From: Histomonas meleagridis 2922-C6/04-290x
Taxonomy: Eukaryota > Protista > Parabasalia
Direction: 5' to 3'
Length of the DNA: 64,000 nt
NCBI GenBank assembly: GCA_020184695.1
Contig: JAANOX010000279.1
Location: 186,001-250,000 of the forward strand
Under the pieces are notes generated by a model. The model ran no database searches. It was not told where the DNA came from and saw nothing but the letters and a program-made list of their open reading frames with translations. The position numbers and the translations under genes were made by a program. The stretch's first letter is position 1; each line of letters opens with the position of its first letter. Positions 56,668-64,000 of this stretch are shown here, one piece after another.

Positions 56668-57482
56668 ATTTCTTTTAAAAATTAAGAAAAATTGATAAAA
56701 ATATTAAAAAAATATATGAAATTTATAGATTTAGAAAACATCAAATATGACTTTATAAAATAAGATAAAATTTGACTTGAAGTATTCGAAAAGATTGCAT
56801 TATTAAATAAATTTGAGTGAATATTAAATAGAAGATGAATTTTTACATTAAATGAATCTTTTAAAATATGATTGACTAATTTTTTAGTATCGTATGTGAG
56901 AAACATGTTATTTGAAAGTAATGGTGTTGTCGAAGTGCTCAGCATTAACTCTGTATCTTCTCTCTACCAATTTGTTCGTTCAAAAATCTTCGAGCTGAAT
57001 TTATACTCAGAATTTTCAATTTATTATGCATCTAATTTTTCTATGCACCGCTGAGAGCTTTTTTTGTTCAGGTCCACTTTTGAAGCGAAGATTATCTTGG
57101 TTGTAAATTTTACATTCTAATCAAAAAAATCAAAATATTGTGAACTTTTCAGCGGTTGTTGGTATACAAATTGCAATTAAAAGGGACAATTGTCAAAAAC
57201 AAAAAAGATTTTAAATAGTTTACTGGTACAACCCTCAACGTTGGAATGCATTCCCTTAGAGATTCAAAAACATTATTTTACATAATCTATTAAAAATATT
57301 TAATTCTTAATTTCTTTATACAAGACTTCTTGACTTACAAACAGGACATTTTCAGTTTTTTTTTGCAAACAGGACGCACTAAACCCATGTCGATCATTTT
57401 ACCATTGTTTTCAGCAGGTGTGTTGTAATTTATATTTTGAACTTTCTTTAACATTATTAAATTTCTTACAGGAAGAGGTGAA

Positions 57483-58121
57483 ATGAATAGAAAATATTGG
57501 GTTAAAAGTTTCATAGCATATTGCTCTGTCTACAAGGCAAACGATTTACATAATGATTATATTGTTTCCTTGAAGATTCGAAAGTACACTTTGCCAAATG
57601 AGTTAGAAGAAATCAATCGCGAAGTAACAGTTTTAAGGGAACTGAATCACCACAATGTTGTCAAGTTTGCATTGGCTCTTGACTTTTTCCCCATCAACTT
57701 GACTCGTTATATAAAAACTCATCAAATCCAGCCCGATTTGCTCAAGTCTTATGAGGATCAACTATTCTCATGTCTTAATTATCTTCATTCCAAAGGAGTA
57801 ATTCATCGTGACATAAATCCCTCGAATGTTCTTCTTGATGAAAATTGGCATCTTAAGATCGGTGGCTTCTCGTTAGCTCAATTTGCAACTCCACAAGCTT
57901 CTACGCCTAATTTAGTGACAGCACATTATCGTACAACACGAACTCTGTTGATGTTTCTAGCGCAGGTTGTGTTCTTGCCGAAATGCTCATTAGAAAACCT
58001 TTGTTCATTGGAGATAACGACGCTGAAATCCTCCACAAAATATTTAATATCATTGGAACTCCAAATGAGGCTTGTGGATGTGATTATATTACAAAAATTA
58101 TCACATCCGTTCCGAACATAA
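57483..58121 (+). pseudogene. Decayed CMGC (CDK/MAPK-like) kinase
   Basis: IHRDINPSNVLL and LKIGGF (DFG lost); after a frameshift, GCVLAEMLIRKPLFIGDNDAEILHKIFNIIGTP; internal deletions. Confidence 0.78.
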
Positions 58122-59029
58122 TCCTACAATTGTAACACTCAACAAGTTCAAATCTAACTAATCATTATGCATGTTTCAAATCAATTAATCTTTCAAAGAT
58201 AAAGTTGAGGAAATATTTCTACAAATACCAAATGAAAATATCCCAAAAAACGAGTGAAATATATTTTGGAAATGAAAGTATATAAAATATTTTTGAGACT
58301 GAAGCTTAATATATTGAATGATTAAAATACATATCTACATAAATTTTACAAATGAAAGAACAAGTGTTTGGCAAATTGATTTGTTTCATTCTTCAGCGAT
58401 TCTCAATTTGTTATTTTATATCAAAAAATAAAAAACTTCTATATGTACATATAATTTTAAAATTGTAAAATGAAATAATATTTTTGGTCAGAGAAAAAAT
58501 CTGATTTGTGGTTTTACAATTTTTTGAACTTATCTCAAATTTATCATAAATATCGAAATAAAAATTACATCACTATACTTACATTTCCATTTTGAAATAA
58601 TATTTCATTAAATAATCCTTCAAATATGTAATATTATCACCAAAACATTAATCTCTTAAGTTATTTTTGCAATTACCATTTATAAATTCTCTTTATTACA
58701 AATTATAAAAAACCATGAAAAAATAGTTTACATAATAATTTCTAATATGATATCGTATTTTGATATACATATTTCTATTAATAACCATACATCATTGACA
58801 AGAGAATCTTTTTGATAGGATAGACATTTTTTTTGCAGGTATTTTATTTTGTAGATGTGTCACTTTTCGGATATTTACTTTTGTAAAGCAAGCCAAACAA
58901 AAAGCAAACAGCTGTATCAAGATACTTTTGTTAGTGATGATTTTGAATAACAAATATAATTTATTAATGAATAAGAAAATTTTCTACTAATAGAATTGTT
59001 TCACAATATTCAAATTGTTGTTCGAAATA

Positions 59030-59450
59030 ATTTAAATAATTTAAAACTTTGAAATTTCAAAATACCAAAATAAATTTTAAACAAAACAAATAAATATTTT
59101 TAGCATTAATATCAATTCCTAAAAATGATTGAAAGAAATATTGATGAAAATAAATGAACATCAGTTCCTTCTTGTTCAAGAAGTAATGAAACGATTTCTG
59201 TATAACCATTTAAAGATGCTAATATAAGTGATGTCCAAAACAATTTAAATAATTTCCAAATATTATTTTGAAATCCTAAATTATTAATGTAAATATTAAA
59301 TAAAGAGAATATTTTTAGCATTAACATCAGTTCCTTCTTGTTTAAGAAGTAATTTCACAATTTGATCATCATGACCATTATAAGATTCCCACATAAGTAC
59401 TGTCCAAAACAAATTTTATAATTTCCAAATATTATTCTGAAATATTCCTA
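59030..59450 (-). pseudogene. Decayed ankyrin+insert array (about 3 units)
   Basis: FWTVLMWESYNGHDDQIVKLLLKQEGTDVNAKNI, a 67-nt insert, then FWTSLILASLNGYTEIVSLLLEQEG and a deletion junction; no start or N-terminal domain. Confidence 0.7.
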
Positions 59451-59527
59451 AATTAAATTAAATTAGAATTCGTTACTTTTTGCCTCATAAAGAACATAAA
59501 AAAATTTAAAATTTATATTTACTATAT

Positions 59528-61357
59528 TTAATTATTCTCATAAGGTTCAATTGATTGTTCGAATTCATTTCTTTTCCTTTCTAACTCTTTTATGTCGACA
59601 TTTTTTTCATTATTCGATAACCAATGAATCAATCTTTCGATGTATTTCTTAAGTGAATCTATTTCCTCCTTACTGTTTTCCTGGTACAACTTATTTATTC
59701 TGCGCCTCATTTCATATAACTTATTTTGGAAGTCATTAATAGCATTTATTTTTTCTTCGAACATTCGATCGATTTCTCGGTATTTTTCTGCGTCGTTCAG
59801 CATCTTCATGATTTGCTCATCTGTAAGTCGCCCTTCCTCGTTGGATATGGAATATACTTCAACGTTATTGGTTGAAATTTCTCGAACTGTAACTTTCAGA
59901 ATTTGATTGATATCGAGGTCAAAAGTTATTTCTACTTCTACCTCTCCTTTAGGAGCACGTCGTATGTTTTTAAGAGTAAATTTTCCTAATAAATTATTAT
60001 ACTTCTGATTTTGACGTTCACCTTCCAATACATATATTGAAAATTTGTGTTGGTAGTCATGGTTAGTGGTGTACCTTTTGTGATAAGTACATGGGATGAT
60101 TGTATTACGAGGAATAATGAAATCAGTTTTATCGTGTGTAATACGAACACCAAGTGAAAGCGGAGTAACGTCAACAACTTCAATTCCGTCAAGAGGACTT
60201 GCATTAATAGCTGCTCCATATGCAACAGCAATTTCGGGATCAATATTACGACATGGTTCTTTGCCAAAATATCCATGGAGTTTCTCTTTCAAAAGAGGTA
60301 TCCGAGAAGATCCGCCTGTTAGTACAATATCATCGATTTCAGTCTTGTTAAGCGAAGCACTTGCAATTGTTTCACCAACCGTTATTATCGTCCTATCAAA
60401 AAGTTCGTTGTTCAAATCTTCGAATTTTTCCCTCGTAATTTTATCTTCGATTAAACCAACTTTGCTATTAAATTTAATTGTTGCTTCATTGTGAACAGAC
60501 AAATTAATTTTTGCACTTTCACATTCTCCCATGAGAATGTATTTTGAGCGCTCTTCACTCATTATATCAAGATGATGATTATTCTTGAAACAAGTAGCAA
60601 AATAATTGAACATGTTATTATCAAAGTCACGACCACCAAGATTTGGATCTCCGCCCTTTGCCAAAACTGTACATTTATCATATTCGATTTTAACAATGGA
60701 AACATCAAATGTACCACCGCCAAGATCATAAATAAGAATAATTCGAGGTTTATATGGGTTGAAATTTGGATCATTAATTCTCTGCACTTCACTGTATGCT
60801 ATTGCTGCTGCTGTTGGCTCGTTGAGGATACGCATTACATTTAATCCAGCAATTTCACCGGCAGCTTTTATGGAATTTCGTTGAGCATCATTAAAATATG
60901 CTGGAACTGTAATAACTGCGGATTTTACTTTCACATTAAAGGTTGTTTCGATGTTGTTTTTGATTTGTTCGATTATCATTGCGGATATTTCTTCAGGATA
61001 AAATTGCTTTGTTTCACTTCTCCATGTTACTTTTATTAATGGGCGATTGTTTTCACCACGTTGAACTTTGAATGGCCAAAGTTTTAAATATTCTTGTATA
61101 ATTTCATCATCATAATTACGTCCTATCAAACGCTTGACATCAAAAACTGCATTCCCGACGTTACTTATCGCTGTGTTTTTTGCTTCAAGACCGAACAGTC
61201 TTTCATTTTCGGTAAATGTGACAAAAGAAGGAATAGTCAGCGTACCTAAATCAATTTTTGTTGAATATACCTTATCATTCATGATAATGCATCCACAGCT
61301 ATTTGACGTGCCGAAATCAATTCCAATTGGTATCTCGTCTTGCTCATCTTTCTCCAT
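59528..61357 (-). CDS. Hsp70-family chaperone lacking the EEVD tail
   Basis: GIDFGTSNS, VFDVKRLIGR, VITVPAYFND, NEPTAAA, DLGGGTFDVS, VTPLSLG. Confidence 0.93.
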   Translation of the reverse strand: MEKDEQDEIPIGIDFGTSNSCGCIIMNDKVYSTKIDLGTLTIPSFVTFTENERLFGLEAKNTAISNVGNAVFDVKRLIGRNYDDEIIQEYLKLWPFKVQRGENNRPLIKVTWRSETKQFYPEEISAMIIEQIKNNIETTFNVKVKSAVITVPAYFNDAQRNSIKAAGEIAGLNVMRILNEPTAAAIAYSEVQRINDPNFNPYKPRIILIYDLGGGTFDVSIVKIEYDKCTVLAKGGDPNLGGRDFDNNMFNYFATCFKNNHHLDIMSEERSKYILMGECESAKINLSVHNEATIKFNSKVGLIEDKITREKFEDLNNELFDRTIITVGETIASASLNKTEIDDIVLTGGSSRIPLLKEKLHGYFGKEPCRNIDPEIAVAYGAAINASPLDGIEVVDVTPLSLGVRITHDKTDFIIPRNTIIPCTYHKRYTTNHDYQHKFSIYVLEGERQNQKYNNLLGKFTLKNIRRAPKGEVEVEITFDLDINQILKVTVREISTNNVEVYSISNEEGRLTDEQIMKMLNDAEKYREIDRMFEEKINAINDFQNKLYEMRRRINKLYQENSKEEIDSLKKYIERLIHWLSNNEKNVDIKELERKRNEFEQSIEPYENN

Positions 61358-61653
61358 GAAACTTACTGAAAATAAATGCTTGAAAAAATGCCGAATTTTT
61401 TTTGTTATGACATCTGGCCAGATAACTTTTTGATAATATAAATGGTCGTAACAAAATTTTGAGGCAACGTCACTTTTTTCATGTGAAACTTATCAAGTTT
61501 TTCTATATCTAGAATTTAAACAAATCGATGAAATGATATGTAGGAAAGGTTATTAATCGAAAGCAGTTTGCTTACGAAATTATAATTCTTTTTATCTTTC
61601 TTGGCCATCAGAAAATTATATTAAAGTTAAAATAAAATAATAACATTTTAATA

Positions 61654-62202
61654 TTATGTTTCTAAAGAAGAATTTGGCAAAATGTTGATCCCAGAGCTAT
61701 TTTCTTCCGAATCATGTGATGTATCAATCCTATCGCTCATTTTTACAAGTGTTGTTTGAAGCATTTCTCGAAACTCTTGAACCATTTGTTCTGATTTTGC
61801 TTCGTTTTTCTGTATAATTTCATCTTTTTGTTGCTTTTGGAGTTCAAATTTATCTTTTGTTTTGCGTATTTTCATTTGAATTTCAGATAATTTCTTTTCA
61901 AGCTCTGCTGCATACTTTTGAAGTGCTTCAATTTGCTTTCTGTTATCATTTTGTTGTACTTTAAATTCGCGAGTAATATCACCAACAACCTCTTGTGTAT
62001 CCTTAACAACTTGTTGATGATCTTCATTTGCTTGGTTTAACCTTGTTCCAGCTGAATTTAAAGAAGATTTTAAAACAACTTTTTGATCCTTTTTTCTTTG
62101 AATTTGTTTTTCCAGGTTTTGAGATCGAAGCCTAATTTCCTTTCTTGGGTCTGGCGCAATAGGAATTTTTGTCGGTGGTCCTCTGGCTCTTTTCCCAGGC
62201 AT
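61654..62202 (-). CDS. DRC12: Dynein regulatory complex subunit DRC12/CCDC153-like coiled-coil protein
   Basis: DITREFK, KDEII and MVQEFREMLQTTLVKMSDRI resemble the CCDC153 pattern. Confidence 0.62.
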   Translation of the reverse strand: MPGKRARGPPTKIPIAPDPRKEIRLRSQNLEKQIQRKKDQKVVLKSSLNSAGTRLNQANEDHQQVVKDTQEVVGDITREFKVQQNDNRKQIEALQKYAAELEKKLSEIQMKIRKTKDKFELQKQQKDEIIQKNEAKSEQMVQEFREMLQTTLVKMSDRIDTSHDSEENSSGINILPNSSLET

Positions 62203-63462
62203 TTTGCAGCTGCTGAACGAATTTTTTATACGTTACTTTTTTGGGTACCCCATACGGGGTACACCGACCGATAAAAGACGTTTAGGTGATAAACGTGAAG
62301 TGACTTAAAGTCTTTATTTTATAAAACGAATTTATTTATCTTTATATGTTCACATAAATTTATCATCACCATTATATTCGATAATTGATTTCCGTAATAA
62401 AGGAATACCATAAAATTGTTGTGATGTCGAATTTAAGAAACATGTTGCACCTAAATTAACCACTATAACCTGTTGAAGATACTATTGTCGCATCACCATC
62501 AATTCTCTATTCATTATAAATTGTTCGTCAATTATGTACATTATTTGATGCATTAATATTTCTGGCGTTTCTAATGTGATAAACATTGTTATGCCATATT
62601 AAATGATGAAATATTTCGAGGATTAGAATTAACGAATAAATATCAATTAATGATTGAGTTTGATATTGATGCATTAATAATTTACATAAAAGCATTTGCT
62701 TAAAGATCGTTAATAATGAAATGATTCTAAATTATCTCCATTTCTCCAATAATGGGTTAATGGAGTCTATGTTCAGAACATATGACAACGATATGCATTA
62801 TATGATAGAAACAAAATATTGACCATAAAAATGATTCCTTATGAAAAATCAAAATTGAAATAAAAATATTTTTTCATTGGTTCTATGAAATTTTTCCAGA
62901 TTCCAGATTTTTGGCGGCCAGTTTAAAGAAAAACTCACCTGAATTTGTGTGTTGAGTTTTTCGCAACTGTAGAAAATGAAATAAATTGCAAATAGTTTAC
63001 TTGTATACAAAAAAATAAAACTCACGTTCATCTTTAAAGATTTTTAGAAAAACAACCATCCAAAAAATCGGTTTTGGTGTAGGCAGTGCATACGAAATAT
63101 CATATGAATCAGGTTCTAAAGATCCAAATTTCCCAGATCCTAATTTACCACATGATCGTGAACAATGTTTAAAAACATTAAAGTATGTATTATGAACAAT
63201 ATTTTAGAATGGCTTTTCGTTAACTAAAAGTAAATAAAATTTCAGATTCTTGAAATAAAATTGATGGAGTGAATATTTTCCAATTATTTCTTGTTCTTAT
63301 GTCCTTCATGATGCTTTCAAAACTTATATTTGGAAAATTAAAACAGTCTTTCAATGACCGTTTAGCAACTGTAGGGTTTTGTCCTAACCGTCCGTTCGGA
63401 CGATATCAAATCAAGAACTTTAACCGTTTTATGACATTGAAAATTGTTTTGTTCTTCCATAG

Positions 63463-64000
63463 AAATATGCGTCACCTCACCAGTATTTCTGTGGCACCTC
63501 CCGTACAACTGTAAGTTTTGTGAGTGGCACTTTTTATACTAAAGCAATGAATCCAATGCTGACTAACGATGAAGCCCAATGTGAATTTTCCACAGCTGAC
63601 CTCCAAATGCTACCGGCAGGGCTTCTCGAAGATATGGGATTCGAAGCCAAAAGGTCATCATCGCAAATCCAAGATGATATTCCATTAAATAATAATTATT
63701 TTGTCGAAAAAGTTCGTACCAGATCTACCCTTGCTCCACCAATTTCAATAGAGTTTCCAAAATCTAGACAGAAAAGTTCTTCATTGATTAGATTTAATTT
63801 TTTAGTTTCCAGTCCTCATGGTCTTACCCCTGTTCAAGCTGGTGTTCACCGCCAGCTCGTGCCTAAAGATTATGTCATATACAGTGATGGCCCTGTCCTT
63901 CGTTATGGAGTTGCAGTTCATGCAGATGTCAACAAAAGTAGTGAGAAGGAAGAAAAACGTCCTTATATGTCATCAGACAAATCCATTATTCGATTTATTG
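63463..64000 (+). CDS. Partial or disrupted hypothetical CDS running off the window edge
   Basis: The frame is open from 63463 (first ATG 63547) to the window end. Upstream coding-like sequence (63269-63460) has stops and a frame change. Confidence 0.5.

Noticed and set aside
62400-62830. Possible decayed coding relic
   Set aside because: Coding-like patches are present, but no recognisable family could be supported.
63511-63544. GTAAGT...AG candidate intron
   Set aside because: Removing it does not join the 63269 ORF to the downstream open frame, and the GTAAGT lies inside that open frame.
1-64000. Alternative genetic code (stop-codon reassignment) as an explanation for interrupted genes
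   Set aside because: Conserved genes (STT3, ARP3, RPS18, VPS34) have no in-frame stops and end at TAA or TGA where expected; most inserts also shift the frame.
1-64000. tRNA, rRNA or transposase genes
   Set aside because: No cloverleaf, rRNA-like segment or transposase/integrase ORF was recognised by eye; a tRNAscan-SE or Rfam run would be needed to exclude small RNAs.

Overview
AT-rich, gene-dense, essentially intron-free eukaryotic DNA using the standard genetic code. The gene content (BspA-like leucine-rich-repeat surface proteins, DUF3447-type ankyrin proteins, Inr/M2/M3/M5-like core promoter motifs, trichomonad-like RPS18) points to a parabasalid protist (Histomonas/Tritrichomonas/Trichomonas-like; species not determinable from sequence alone). 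About 30 ordinary genes are recognisable, including Vps34, RabGGT-beta, an XPB-like helicase, STT3, ribophorin I, NOMO, SPP, RIC1, Arp3, RPS18, Hsp70 and DRC12, plus several decayed pseudogenes. The standout feature is a set of ankyrin-repeat genes in which every repeat is interrupted at the same position (after ..INAKD-I) by a T-rich, usually stop-containing insert without GT-AG ends. At 5522-2520 (minus strand), removing 18 inserts (14 of exactly 71 nt, 2 of 51 nt, 2 of 34 nt, one of the latter inferred) yields a single uninterrupted 612-aa ORF from ATG to TAA built from highly diverged repeats. A second gene (47486-45642) has six near-identical 170-bp ankyrin+71-nt units. This suggests an uncharacterised non-canonical splicing or translational-bypass system. 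Secondary highlights are a GBP-like GTPase apparently fused (across a 1-nt frameshift) to a bacterial-type SH3-like domain, a GWT1/PIG-W homolog, an Atg13-like HORMA protein, a degenerate XPB paralog and a recurrent GGGYRCCC motif about 30-40 nt upstream of start codons. All family assignments are from motif recognition by eye; no database searches were run.
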